Assembly: GCA_947166135.1 (NCBI GenBank)
Contig: CAMVDB010000002.1
Coordinates: 14,189-78,188 of the forward strand
Origin: an uncultured Clostridia bacterium
GTDB taxonomy: Bacteria > Bacillota > Clostridia > Oscillospirales > Acutalibacteraceae
Reading direction: 5' to 3'
Length of the DNA stretch: 64,000 bases
Shown: piece by piece, positions 41,594-51,502 of the stretch
Layout: the number at the start of each line of letters is the position of its first letter
How positions within the stretch are numbered: position 1 is the stretch's first letter
The notes under the pieces: generated by a model
Database searches by the model: none
What the model saw: only the letters and a program-made list of their open reading frames with translations
What the model was told of the DNA's origin: nothing
Position numbers and translations under genes: made by a program

Positions 41594-42587
41594 GAGCAGT
41601 TGTGACGAGACCGCCGCAGCTGTGGTCGAGGACGGCAGGAACGTTCTCTCCAATATTATCGCTTCTCAGGTAGAGGAGCATAAGCTCTACGGCGGCGTAG
41701 TTCCCGAGATCGCTTCCCGGCGTCATGCCGAGGCAATCGTCGGCGTAGTAAATGAAGCGCTGAAAACGGCGAATTGTACCGTGGATGATGTAGATGCGAT
41801 CGCCGTGACCTACGCTCCCGGACTGATCGGTGCGCTTTTGGTCGGTGTGAACTTTGCGAAGGGCTTGTCCCTCGCGACCGGCAAGCCGTTGATCCCGACC
41901 CATCACCTGCGCTCTCATATTGCGTCTAATTATATTTCACATAAAGAATTAAAACCTCCGTTTCTCTGTTTGGTCGTCTCAGGCGGTCACAGCCATATCG
42001 TTGAGGTGAAGGACTATACCGACATGCGCGTGATCGGTCGTACCCGTGACGATGCTGCGGGAGAAGCTTTTGACAAGGCGGCTCGCGCTATGGGTATCCC
42101 GTACCCCGGCGGCGTAGAGCTCGACAAGATCGCTGAGAACGGTGACGACACTGCTTTTCCGATGCCGCGTCCGCGCGTGGACGGCTCGCCCTACGACTTT
42201 TCCTTCTCGGGACTCAAGACTGCTGTCATCAACCTGATCCATAATCGTCAGCAGAAGGGGGAGGATATCCCCGTCGCCGACGTCTGCGCTTCTTATCGTA
42301 AAGCGGTGGTCGGACTGTTGGTCGACAATTTTTTGCAGGCGGCTGACGATCTCGGTTATACGACTCTTGTGACTGCCGGCGGCGTGTCGGCGAATTCTCT
42401 GCTGCGCAGGGAGCTTGAGAAACGCTGTAAAGGCAAGTATCAGCTCTTTATGCCCGAGAAGCCTCTTTGCGGCGATAACGGCGCTATGGTCGGCGCTCAG
42501 GGTTATTATGAATACTTGGCGGGACATGTGGCGAAGAGCGATCTGAACGCTGTCGCTACTCTGCCGATCAGTGAGGATAAATATTGA
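41574..42587 (+). CDS. tsaD: t6A tRNA modification protein TsaD
   Basis: ILAIESSCDETAAA, GGVVPEIASRRH, VSGGHS, DDAAGEAFDK, FSFSGLKT and CGDNGAMV motifs. Confidence 0.96.
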   Translation: MKILAIESSCDETAAAVVEDGRNVLSNIIASQVEEHKLYGGVVPEIASRRHAEAIVGVVNEALKTANCTVDDVDAIAVTYAPGLIGALLVGVNFAKGLSLATGKPLIPTHHLRSHIASNYISHKELKPPFLCLVVSGGHSHIVEVKDYTDMRVIGRTRDDAAGEAFDKAARAMGIPYPGGVELDKIAENGDDTAFPMPRPRVDGSPYDFSFSGLKTAVINLIHNRQQKGEDIPVADVCASYRKAVVGLLVDNFLQAADDLGYTTLVTAGGVSANSLLRRELEKRCKGKYQLFMPEKPLCGDNGAMVGAQGYYEYLAGHVAKSDLNAVATLPISEDKY

Positions 42588-43930
42588 AGAAGCTATTATT
42601 CAGGGTGGTATCCCTGCTGCTTGCCTCTGTGATGGCGATCTCCCTTTGTTCCTGTGAGAGGATCCGACAGGCTGTGCACCGTACGCTGATGAAGACCCTC
42701 TCCATCAAGGATCCCGATATCACCGACGGCGAAAAAAATCCCTATCTGAATATCGAACCGGATCCCTCGACCTACAATGAGGGCTATGAGGCTGCGCCCT
42801 CACGCTATTCTTATCAGGCATTACCGCTTGAAGGGCAACAGAAGCTGTACGGTCTACTGATCGACTCTTTCTATGAGGTTTCTCCCGAGTACAGCGAGGA
42901 AGCACAGAAATACCCCATGCCCGAGATTCGACTGACCGGTTATTCTCTCACCGAGGCGCAGGTGCGCACCACGCTCAAGGCGATCAGCGACGACTGCCCC
43001 GAGATCTTCTGGATGTCGAACACGATCGGATACTATTCCAACAACGAGATGACCATCGTACAGGGCTATTCGCGCCTGTCTCCCGATGAAGTATCCGAAA
43101 AGCTCGGTAAGGTGCGTCAGGCGGCGGGTGAATTCTACGCGAGTGTTCCCGACGGGCTTTCCGAGTACCAGCGTGAGCTGAGGGTGCATGATTTCCTGGC
43201 TGAGATCGCGGCGTATGATACCGGTGTTGATGTTGATAACACCGATAACAGCGATCCCGAGCTCTACACGGTTTACGGCGCTTTGGTAAACCGACTGACC
43301 GTCTGTGAGGGTTATGCCCGCGCGTTCCAGATGCTGCTCAACGGTCTCGGCGTCGATTGCGTGAATATCATCGGAAGGTCCAGCGACGAACTCCACATGT
43401 GGAATGCGGTCAAGCTGGACGAAAAGTGGTATTTGGTCGATCTGACATGGGATGATCGAGAGGAGAGCTACTCGCGTTATTGCTACTTTAATCTGACGAG
43501 CGAGCAGATGGCGATTGATCACACGGATGCGCCGATGTTTACTTCTCTCAGCGACAGCCAGATCAACGGCGAGGTCGAGGATATCGGTGCCGACGTCATG
43601 AATATGTTCATCCCCAAGTGTACCGACCCGACCATGAGCTGGTTTTATCGTGAGACGCCCCATCTCGATGACTTTGACGGTGTTGACGTGAAGAACGCAC
43701 TGCTCGCGGCAGCGAAGAACAGTGATAAATACTTTGTATTTTATGTCGATGAGGGGATGGAACTTGAAGATACCGTTCGACAGCTGTTTAAGGAATCGCC
43801 TCAGTATTTCTTCGACTATGTCATCTCCGTAAATAATTATCTGGACGACTACAGCATTGATGAGTCCAACATCGGCTATATTACGATGCCTACTAACCGC
43901 GCCGTTGCGGTCGAGCTTCATTATTATTGA
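42584..43930 (+). CDS. Transglutaminase-like domain lipoprotein
   Basis: Signal peptide ending SLCSC; VCEGYARAF, HMWNAV and VDLTWDD give a Cys-His-Asp triad. Confidence 0.78.
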   Translation: MKKLLFRVVSLLLASVMAISLCSCERIRQAVHRTLMKTLSIKDPDITDGEKNPYLNIEPDPSTYNEGYEAAPSRYSYQALPLEGQQKLYGLLIDSFYEVSPEYSEEAQKYPMPEIRLTGYSLTEAQVRTTLKAISDDCPEIFWMSNTIGYYSNNEMTIVQGYSRLSPDEVSEKLGKVRQAAGEFYASVPDGLSEYQRELRVHDFLAEIAAYDTGVDVDNTDNSDPELYTVYGALVNRLTVCEGYARAFQMLLNGLGVDCVNIIGRSSDELHMWNAVKLDEKWYLVDLTWDDREESYSRYCYFNLTSEQMAIDHTDAPMFTSLSDSQINGEVEDIGADVMNMFIPKCTDPTMSWFYRETPHLDDFDGVDVKNALLAAAKNSDKYFVFYVDEGMELEDTVRQLFKESPQYFFDYVISVNNYLDDYSIDESNIGYITMPTNRAVAVELHYY

Positions 43931-43955
43931 TACAAAATAGAATTAGGAGATTCAC

Positions 43956-44369
43956 ATGATCGTATTATCCGTAGACCTCGGTCATGCCCGCACGGGGCTT
44001 GCCGTATCCGACAAGAGCGGCTTTCTTGCCTCGTCGCTGTGTGTGATTACCGAGTATAATGATGATAAACTGGTAGAGAAGATCGCCGAACAGGCGTCGT
44101 CCGTGAAGGCGGAGCTTCTCGTTGTAGGACTTCCGCGTAATATGGACGGTTCCGAGGGGGATAGCGCGCTCCGTGCCCGTGAGCTCGCCGCGCGTCTTTC
44201 CGAGCGTACCGGACTCCCTCATGTGATGCAGGATGAGCGCGGTACGACCATCACCGCCCACGCCTATCTCAGTTCAGGCAACGTATACGGCAGGAAACGC
44301 AAGCAGAAGGTGGACGCTGTCGCCGCTTCTATCATCTTGCAGGATTATTTAGACAGCGCGAAAGGATAA
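43956..44369 (+). CDS. ruvX: Pre-16S rRNA nuclease / Holliday junction resolvase RuvX (YqgF)
   Basis: LSVDLGHARTGLAVSD, VVGLPRNMDGSEG, QDERGTT and VDAVAASIILQDYLD motifs. Confidence 0.93.
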   Translation: MIVLSVDLGHARTGLAVSDKSGFLASSLCVITEYNDDKLVEKIAEQASSVKAELLVVGLPRNMDGSEGDSALRARELAARLSERTGLPHVMQDERGTTITAHAYLSSGNVYGRKRKQKVDAVAASIILQDYLDSAKG

Positions 44370-44373
44370 GCTT

Positions 44374-44586
44374 ATGGAAATGCAGGAATTATTATCGGAG
44401 ATCAACGCTCTCGCTAAGAAGAAACGTGAAGAAGGTTTGAGTGAAGAAGAGCAGAAGCGACAGAAGGAGCTCTATCAGATCTATCTCAAGGGTTTCCGCG
44501 CTCAGGTCAAGCAGCGCCTCGATAACGTCGACGTCACCTATCCCGACGGCACCGTCAAAAGCCTCAAGGATGCGATGAAAAAATAA
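44374..44586 (+). CDS. DUF896 family protein (YnzC-like)
   Basis: INALAKKKREEGLSEEEQKRQKELYQIYLKGFRAQVKQRLDN. Confidence 0.85.
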   Translation: MEMQELLSEINALAKKKREEGLSEEEQKRQKELYQIYLKGFRAQVKQRLDNVDVTYPDGTVKSLKDAMKK

Positions 44587-44596
44587 TAGGAAGAAG

Positions 44597-44631
44597 AAAA
44601 GCTTACGGTTTCTGATGATCCGTAAGCTTTT
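44597..44631. terminator. Bidirectional intrinsic terminator
   Basis: AAAAGCTTACGG..CCGTAAGCTTTT. Confidence 0.82.
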
Positions 44632-44644
44632 GTTATATGTACTG

Positions 44645-46225
44645 TTATTCGGTTGATGTGCTTCTGCTGATCGCTTCTGTCAGCGTAAGAAAGATGAAGA
44701 AGTGCGGTGTTACGATTGGGTTGTAGAGGTTGACGGTGGACTGTACAAGATAGCAGAGGACCGCCCCCATGAATATCAGTGTCAGCGGTTTTTTTCGTGC
44801 GGTTTTCAGCCCGCGTACAAGCGCCGTGACGATCAGTCCCAAATATGCCGCCAGTCCGAGTGCGCCTTGGGTGAGCAGGTAGTTGATCAGTTCATTGTGC
44901 GCGCAGTCGGTAGAGGAGTCGCCGAACCGTGCTGCCAGTTCTTTGAAGTGAGGCTCCAGAACATTGTAGGCAGTATCGGGACCTGCGCCGAAGAGCTTTT
45001 GCCAGAAATTGAACTTACCGTATTCTTCGAAACTGATCCGCCACATGAATCCGCGGTGAGTACCCCAGGCGTCGCTGAATCGCAGCAGCTTTTCATAATC
45101 GCCGAGGTCGGTCTCTCTGTCGATCACGCTGAAATAGAAGAACGCGCCGAGCAGTGTTACGATGCTTACACCAAAGAGCACCTTTAAGGTGATCTGCAGT
45201 GTTTTCGCGGGATATCTCGGCTCGCCGTTCTTCCCTAAAAAGTACAGAAGCAGGAAGATCGCGCCGCAAATAATGATTGGTATGAACATCAGCGGGCTGT
45301 AGATCAGGAACTGCTGGAATACTTCGAAGCCCTTGTTCTTATTCCCGACGAGGATCGCGAAGAGGTGCAGCAGCTTACCGGAGATGAACAGGATCGTCAT
45401 AGTGCCGAAGAAGCGCTTCAGATAAGTATAACTGCGGCAGTAGATGATGAACATGATCGGCAGGATCACCAGTAGTCCCAGAATGTTGGAACTTGAATCC
45501 GCGCACAAAATACCGGGGTAAGCAAAGATGATCGCGAATCCGCTGAGGATGCGCATATATCGCTTTTCTGTCACGGTGAAGAAGCCTACCGCAACGGGGA
45601 GAAACATGCACATGAACGCGGCGATGATATTCTTGTTGCCGATGGTGGAGCCGAAGTCGACGATGGTGTCTTCTCCGTAACCCGAGAAAATATTCAGCGG
45701 GTCGATGTAGAAGTAGTTGATCACCGTCAGGAGCGCTACGATCGACGATACGACCAGATACCCGACGAAGGCGTAGTCTTTGTAGCGGTAGTTGCGTGTG
45801 ATGATGAAATACATCAGCGCGTAGGCGGTCAGCAGCAGCAGACCGTTGTCGCGCCCTTTAAAGCCCGTGAACGCGTCAAAGATATAGGGGGAGGTGATCG
45901 TAGAGATCGCCGCAAAGCCTACGAAGCACAGCATCAATATGTCGGTAGTACTCAGCGATTGCAGAGCGTCTTTTGGCTTAGTATGCTTTTTATCACCAAG
46001 CTTACGCATCGTCGAGCTGAATACGACGCTGATCACCAGCACGGCAGTCAGGATCAAATACAGCCAGAATTTATCTGTCCGCGCATGCGCGTACTGTTCG
46101 GTAAGAAACAGCGGAAAGAAGCTGAACATCAGCGTCAGATAAACATTGACGAGCGTGTGCGAGACGGTATATGGTTTTTTTTCGTTGCCTGTATCGGCGA
46201 CCGGTGCAGTCTGAGTCATTATCAT
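44645..46225 (-). CDS. O-antigen ligase (Wzy_C)-family polytopic membrane protein
   Basis: About 12 TM helices; STIGNKNIIAAF, GTHRGFMWR, LFGAGPDT and AHNELINYLLTQGALGL motifs. Confidence 0.72.
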   Translation of the reverse strand: MIMTQTAPVADTGNEKKPYTVSHTLVNVYLTLMFSFFPLFLTEQYAHARTDKFWLYLILTAVLVISVVFSSTMRKLGDKKHTKPKDALQSLSTTDILMLCFVGFAAISTITSPYIFDAFTGFKGRDNGLLLLTAYALMYFIITRNYRYKDYAFVGYLVVSSIVALLTVINYFYIDPLNIFSGYGEDTIVDFGSTIGNKNIIAAFMCMFLPVAVGFFTVTEKRYMRILSGFAIIFAYPGILCADSSSNILGLLVILPIMFIIYCRSYTYLKRFFGTMTILFISGKLLHLFAILVGNKNKGFEVFQQFLIYSPLMFIPIIICGAIFLLLYFLGKNGEPRYPAKTLQITLKVLFGVSIVTLLGAFFYFSVIDRETDLGDYEKLLRFSDAWGTHRGFMWRISFEEYGKFNFWQKLFGAGPDTAYNVLEPHFKELAARFGDSSTDCAHNELINYLLTQGALGLAAYLGLIVTALVRGLKTARKKPLTLIFMGAVLCYLVQSTVNLYNPIVTPHFFIFLTLTEAISRSTSTE

Positions 46226-46308
46226 TCAACCTTAAAACAAGATTCCCGCCCTTTATCGTAGCGCAAAAGGGCAGGAATGTCAATAGTATTCGTGGCGGAT
46301 AAGGCGGT

Positions 46309-46586
46309 TAGGGTGACTGCAATAATCCGAACCGTGGTTTTGACGGGCAGATTTTCGCCCACTCTTTGTTAAAATCCTCGCTAACCCGACAAGGGTTAGC
46401 TGCGGTTTTGCCGCGATTGGACGTAAATCTGCTCCGTCAAAACTCCGAAGGACTGAAAATGAGCAAGATTTCGAGCAAGTTTCGGTGCAGAAAGTGCAGG
46501 CAGGCTGGCGCCTGCCAAGATTGATAAGCCGAAAATTGCCGAAATAATGCCATTTTCAGCAGATTCGAATTATTACAGTCACCCTA
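46309..46586. mobile_element. 278-bp MITE-like element with 23-bp terminal inverted repeats and TA at both ends
   Basis: Left TAGGGTGACTGCAATAATCCGAA versus right reverse complement TAGGGTGACTGTAATAATTCGAA (21/23 match); long internal hairpin at about 46338-46442. Confidence 0.7.
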
Positions 46587-46599
46587 CCGTTGCCTGATT

Positions 46600-48753
46600 T
46601 CAAACTTTGCTTTTGATCAGTCTGACCGCATTGAGTACGCAGAGCAGGCATACGCCGGTGTCGGAGAATACCGCCAGCCACAGCGCGTGACTGCTCAGTA
46701 TCCCGATCATCGTCAGGATGATGATGACAGCCTTGATGATGAGTGAGAAGGTGATGTTCGCCTTGACCGTAGCGATGGTTTTACGCGCTAAACGGATCGC
46801 ACGGGGGAGAGAGGAGAGGTTCTCGGAGCTGAGTACGATGTCGGCAGCTTCGATTGCCGCGTCGGAGCCCAGACCCATTGCCGCGCCGCAGGTAGCCATG
46901 CTCAGTACCGGAGCGTCGTTGATACCGTCGCCGACGAAGCAACAGGAGTCGTTCTCCTGTATCAGCTTTTCGACGGTATGCACCTTGTCCTCCGGCATCA
47001 GCTCGCCGTAGACCTTGTCGATCGGAAGGTTTGCGGCAACAGCGTCGCAGGAAGCCTGTTTATCGCCCGAGAGCATCGCAACAGGAGAGATACCGAGCTC
47101 TTTCAGCTTGCCGAGTGTCTCTGCAGCTTCCTCGCGGATATGCTCGCTGACAGTGATCACACCGATCTCCTTACCGTTCAGTTGTATGGATGTGCCCGCC
47201 TTTCCGTCAGCCTTGCAGACGGTGATCAGATCATCTTTGTATACAGCGGTTACGCCGTGACCGCTGATTTCCACATGATCTCTTAATTCTAATAGAGAAA
47301 TATTATGCTGTTCGCAATAGGCTTTCAACGCGCCTGCGATCGGATGCGCCGAGTGTGCTTCTGCTGATGCGGCAAATCGGATTATTTCTTCTGTAGAATA
47401 ATTGCCTGTCGTCTTAATTTCTTTTACGGAAATTTGATTATCCGTGATCGTACCCGTTTTATCGAAGGCAAAGGCTTTCACTTTTGCCAAAGCTTCTACA
47501 TATCTGCCGCCTTTGATCAGCACGCCTGCCTTTGATGACGCGCCGATGCCCGCGTAGTAGGAGAGCGGTACCGAGATCACGATGGAGCAGGGACATGAGG
47601 CGACGAGACATACCAGCGCCTTGTGGATCCAGCCCGTCCAGTCGCCGGTGATGAGGGAGGGGATGACTGCGATGACGAGCGCCAGTCCCAGCATAACGGG
47701 CGTGTAGACCGCCGCGAAGCGCGTAATCAGCTTCTCGTGATCGCCTTTGTTCTTGCTGCTTTCTTCAACCAGCTTGACGATACGCGTGGCCGCACTGTCA
47801 GCGTACGCTTTGGTGGTTTGCAGGTAGACGGTACTGTCGTTGTTGACCATGCCGCTGAGCAGCTCGGTACCGACGGTCGCCTCCATCGGAGCGGATTCAC
47901 CGGTCAGAGAAGAGGTATCAAGCGTGGTGTTGCCGCTCGTGATCACGCCGTCCAGCGGGACGCGCGTATGGGGCGGGATCTCCAGTACAGAGCCGATCGC
48001 GACATCCTCGGCGGGTATCTCGCGACTCTTGCCGTTCTCAAATAGGTAAGCGGTATCCGGGCGAATATCCGCCAGCTTTCGGATATCACGTCGGGATTTC
48101 TCGACGGCATGATCCTCCAGCAGCTCGCCGATGCCGAACAGCACCATGACAGCCGCGCCTTCGACATATTCGCCCAGCACCATCGCGGCGATCACCGCAA
48201 CGGTCATCAGCGTGGTCTCGTCAATGCGACGCTTGAATACCGACTTCACGCCTTCGATCACGACGTCATAGCCCGCAAGTACTGAGGAAACGATGCTCAG
48301 CACGGTGCAGGGAATCTCGAGTCCGCCGATCAGATGCATGATTAATGCCGCGATAAAGAAGACTGCCGCAAAGATCAGCAGGATCAGCTTGATTTTTCCG
48401 CCCTCGTGATGATGTTCATGTTCGTGACCGTGATCATGATCGTGATGATGCTCGTGGTGCTCATGGCCGTGTTCATGATCGTGGTCACAACAGCCGTCAT
48501 GACAGTGATGGTCGTTCACGTGGTGATGGTGGTGATCGTGATGTTCTTCCTTCGGCACTACGGTCACGCCGTCCTCGATCGAGTCGACGATCGCCTGGAC
48601 CTCGTCGCGGATATCTTCTTTTTCGGTATGGATCTCCAGCTCGAGCGTTGCGAAAGAGAATCGCACATCGCCATAGGTTTTCTCGAGCTTAGCTTCGATC
48701 TTCGCCGCGCAGTTCGCGCAGTGAAGACCTTCCAGTATATATTCATGCTTCAT
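46600..48753 (-). CDS. cadA: Heavy-metal (Cd/Zn/Co) translocating P1B-type ATPase with His-rich linker
   Basis: HMA GLHCANC, long His/Asp tract, LTGES, SCPC, DKTGT and VGDGINDAP motifs. Confidence 0.9.
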   Translation of the reverse strand: MKHEYILEGLHCANCAAKIEAKLEKTYGDVRFSFATLELEIHTEKEDIRDEVQAIVDSIEDGVTVVPKEEHHDHHHHHVNDHHCHDGCCDHDHEHGHEHHEHHHDHDHGHEHEHHHEGGKIKLILLIFAAVFFIAALIMHLIGGLEIPCTVLSIVSSVLAGYDVVIEGVKSVFKRRIDETTLMTVAVIAAMVLGEYVEGAAVMVLFGIGELLEDHAVEKSRRDIRKLADIRPDTAYLFENGKSREIPAEDVAIGSVLEIPPHTRVPLDGVITSGNTTLDTSSLTGESAPMEATVGTELLSGMVNNDSTVYLQTTKAYADSAATRIVKLVEESSKNKGDHEKLITRFAAVYTPVMLGLALVIAVIPSLITGDWTGWIHKALVCLVASCPCSIVISVPLSYYAGIGASSKAGVLIKGGRYVEALAKVKAFAFDKTGTITDNQISVKEIKTTGNYSTEEIIRFAASAEAHSAHPIAGALKAYCEQHNISLLELRDHVEISGHGVTAVYKDDLITVCKADGKAGTSIQLNGKEIGVITVSEHIREEAAETLGKLKELGISPVAMLSGDKQASCDAVAANLPIDKVYGELMPEDKVHTVEKLIQENDSCCFVGDGINDAPVLSMATCGAAMGLGSDAAIEAADIVLSSENLSSLPRAIRLARKTIATVKANITFSLIIKAVIIILTMIGILSSHALWLAVFSDTGVCLLCVLNAVRLIKSKV

Positions 48754-48765
48754 AATCTTTCACCG

Positions 48766-49098
48766 TCATTCCAGAATATGCTCTAAGCCCATTTCAAAAA
48801 TCTTTTGGATGTGCTCATCCTCGAGGGAATAGTAGCTCTGCTTGCCCTCTCTGCGAACTTTTACAAGATTCTCTTGCCTGAGTACGCGAAGCTGATGCGA
48901 TACGGTGCTCTGCTCCATGCCGACGATATCCGCGATACAGCAGACGCTCAGCTCTCGTTCGAACAGTGCGCACATTATTCGGATGCGGGTGGAGTCGCCG
49001 AATACCTTAAAGAAATCCGCCAGTTCAAACAGCGTGTCTGTATCGGGCATTTGTTTTTTTATGTCCTGTACAATCTCTCTATGTTCTTCGTGTGCCAT
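48766..49098 (-). CDS. ArsR/SmtB-family metalloregulator (CadC/CzrA-like)
   Basis: LADFFKVFGDSTRIRI..ELSVCCIA..QSTVSHQLRVLR..YYSLEDEHI..EH. GGAGG RBS before the ATG at 49098. Confidence 0.85.
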   Translation of the reverse strand: MAHEEHREIVQDIKKQMPDTDTLFELADFFKVFGDSTRIRIMCALFERELSVCCIADIVGMEQSTVSHQLRVLRQENLVKVRREGKQSYYSLEDEHIQKIFEMGLEHILE

Positions 49099-49124
49099 AA
49101 CAGCCTCCGATTTGAATGTTTGAA

Positions 49125-49146
49125 CGTATGAACAAGTGTTCATACG
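49125..49146. promoter_or_regulatory. SmtB/CzrA-type operator palindrome
   Basis: Perfect CGTATGAACA-AG-TGTTCATACG just upstream of the ArsR gene. Confidence 0.8.
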
Positions 49147-49251
49147 ATACTGTTATCATATACCTTTTAAAAGTCGATGTCAATAGTTTTTATTGAAAAA
49201 CCGTCCTGTTTACGTTATAATAGGGTTATCAACTGAGATGGAAGTGTGTAT

Positions 49252-49896
49252 ATGAATGTGATTTTCGACATGGACGGCGTCATCTTTGACTCCGAGCGCG
49301 CGTATGTCGGCGCGTATCAGAAGCTTGCGGTGAAATACGGCCTGACCGATACCGAGGCGGTTCATCGCGCCTGTATCGACAGCATCGGCGTGACCCGCGA
49401 TCTGACGAAGAAGATTTTCTTTTCCTATGTAGGGCATGAGTTTGACTATGAGAGCTACCGCGCGGATGTACAGGTAGAGCTGAACAAAACTCCCTTTGAG
49501 TTGAAACCGGGCGTGTATGAGCTCTTTGATTGGCTCAGTGAGAACGGCGCTAAGATCGCGCTTGCGTCCTCGACTCGTCGTGAGCACGTATTCCCGATGT
49601 TGGACGGCGCTGATCTGACGAAGTACTTTAACGCGATCGTCTGCGGCGATATGGTCGGTCAATCCAAGCCGAATCCCGAGATCTTCCTCACTGCCGCCGA
49701 GAGGCTCGGTGAAGATCCTGAGGACTGCTATATAATCGAGGACAGCTACAACGGTATTCGTGCCGCTCATGCCGCGGGCTCCCACGCGATCATGGTGCCC
49801 GATATCGTTCAACCCGACGATGAGATCAAGGGGCTTGCCGCGGCGGTTTTACCGTCATTATTTGAAGTTAAAGATTATCTGAATGACAGAACATAA
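49252..49896 (+). CDS. HAD-family phosphatase (beta-PGM-like)
   Basis: VIFDMDGVIFDSE, ALASST, SKPNPEIF and IIEDSYNGI motifs. Confidence 0.88.
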   Translation: MNVIFDMDGVIFDSERAYVGAYQKLAVKYGLTDTEAVHRACIDSIGVTRDLTKKIFFSYVGHEFDYESYRADVQVELNKTPFELKPGVYELFDWLSENGAKIALASSTRREHVFPMLDGADLTKYFNAIVCGDMVGQSKPNPEIFLTAAERLGEDPEDCYIIEDSYNGIRAAHAAGSHAIMVPDIVQPDDEIKGLAAAVLPSLFEVKDYLNDRT

Positions 49897-49929
49897 ATAA
49901 TCAAATAGTTTTTTATACCGATATAAGAC

Positions 49930-49966
49930 AACCGCCGCCTCGGAACGATTCCGAAGCGGCGGTTTT
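49930..49966. terminator. Bidirectional intrinsic terminator
   Basis: AACCGCCGC..GCGGCGGTTTT between convergent genes. Confidence 0.8.
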
Positions 49967-49996
49967 ATCAGATTATGATTGTTTTATCGGCAGAGA

Positions 49997-51424
49997 TTAC
50001 AGCCAGTGCATGGTGTCCTCATAGACGTTGATATAGTCCTGAGCACTGCGCTCCCAGCTGTTATCGCTCATCATGGCGCGCCACATGAGCTGATGCCAGC
50101 CCTCGTTGTCGTAGATACCGGCGAGAGCACGCTTGACAGCGTTGCACATATCAGCGATATCATAGTTGCGGAAGGTGAAGCCGTTGCCGTAGCCGTCGGC
50201 GCTGTCGAATACGCTGTCCTTCAGACCGCCTACCTCGCGGACGACCGGGATGGTGCCGTAGCGCAGAGCGATCATCTGGGACAGACCGCAGGGCTCCTGC
50301 TTACTGGGCATCAGGAAGATGTCGGCGCCGGAGTAGATCTTGCGGGCGAGCTCGGGCACGAAGCCGTGGCAGGTGCAGACGCGGCCCGGATAGAACCACT
50401 GCATATCGCGGAAGAAGTTCTCATACTCCTCATCGCCGGAGCCGAGGATGACGAACTGCATGTTGTTATTGTTCAAGAGATCCGGCAGACCGCCGCGAAC
50501 GAGATCGAGGCCCTTGTGGGATACCATACGGGTGACCATGGCGACGATCGGGATGGACCAGTTCTGCTCCAGACCCAGACGCTCCTGCAGTCTGCGCTTA
50601 CACTCGCCCTTACCGCTCATATCTTCCTTGGTATAGTTGCAGTAGAGCTGATAGTCTGTAGCGGGATCATAGCTCGCCTGATCGATACCGTTGAGGATAC
50701 CGCAGAGCTTGTAGTGGTTCGCGTTGAGCGCGTGATGCAGACCGTAGCTGTACCAGGGGTCCTTGATCTCCAGCGCGTAGGTGGGGGAGACGGTGTTGAC
50801 GCGGGTGGAGCAGAAGATAGCGCCCTTCATCATGTTCAGCTTGCCGTCCATCTCGAGGATCTTGGTCTCTGTGGGCGGGATACCGACACACTCGGTATTG
50901 ACCTCCCAGCCGTACTTGCCCTGATACTGGATGTTGTGGATGGTGAACAGGCTCTTGATGTTGTAGTACCACGGATTCTTGCTGTAGAACAGATAGTAGT
51001 AAACGGGTACGAGCGCTGTCTGCCAGTCGTTGGTGTGGATGAGATCGGGATGGAAGTCGATGTACGGCAGCATCTCGAGGATGGCGCGGGAGAAGAACGC
51101 AAAGCGCTCGGCGTCATCGTAGAAGCCGTACAGCTTATCTCTCTTGAAGTAGTACTCGTTGTCGATGAAGTAGTAGGTGCAGTCGTTCCAGCGAGCCCAG
51201 AACAGACCGCAGTACTGATGTCTCCACGCGACCGGTACGGTAAAGTTGGTGATGAAATTCATCTGGCACTTGAGCTCGTAGGGGATCGTGCCATACAGCG
51301 GCATAACGATGCGGCAGTCATGACCCTTGCGGCATATGGTATGGGGCAGAGAGCCCGCTACGTCGGCGAGACCGCCGCTTCCGGCAAAGGGGTTGGCTTC
51401 ACTTGCGCAGTAAAGTATTCTCAT
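49997..51424 (-). CDS. glgA: Glycogen synthase
   Basis: EANPFAGSGGLADV, HTNDWQT, TIHNIQYQG and PSKQEPCGLSQM motifs. Confidence 0.94.
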   Translation of the reverse strand: MRILYCASEANPFAGSGGLADVAGSLPHTICRKGHDCRIVMPLYGTIPYELKCQMNFITNFTVPVAWRHQYCGLFWARWNDCTYYFIDNEYYFKRDKLYGFYDDAERFAFFSRAILEMLPYIDFHPDLIHTNDWQTALVPVYYYLFYSKNPWYYNIKSLFTIHNIQYQGKYGWEVNTECVGIPPTETKILEMDGKLNMMKGAIFCSTRVNTVSPTYALEIKDPWYSYGLHHALNANHYKLCGILNGIDQASYDPATDYQLYCNYTKEDMSGKGECKRRLQERLGLEQNWSIPIVAMVTRMVSHKGLDLVRGGLPDLLNNNNMQFVILGSGDEEYENFFRDMQWFYPGRVCTCHGFVPELARKIYSGADIFLMPSKQEPCGLSQMIALRYGTIPVVREVGGLKDSVFDSADGYGNGFTFRNYDIADMCNAVKRALAGIYDNEGWHQLMWRAMMSDNSWERSAQDYINVYEDTMHWL

Positions 51425-51502
51425 ATATTATCCTCCTGAATGAATTGGATCATGATCGCGGAGGACTGAGCGCATCAGCCCTCACGATCACAAAAAGTTA
51501 TG

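Noticed and set aside
49099-49143. N-terminal extension of the ArsR/CadC ORF
   Set aside because: It overlaps the operator palindrome; the GGAGG RBS supports a start at 49098.
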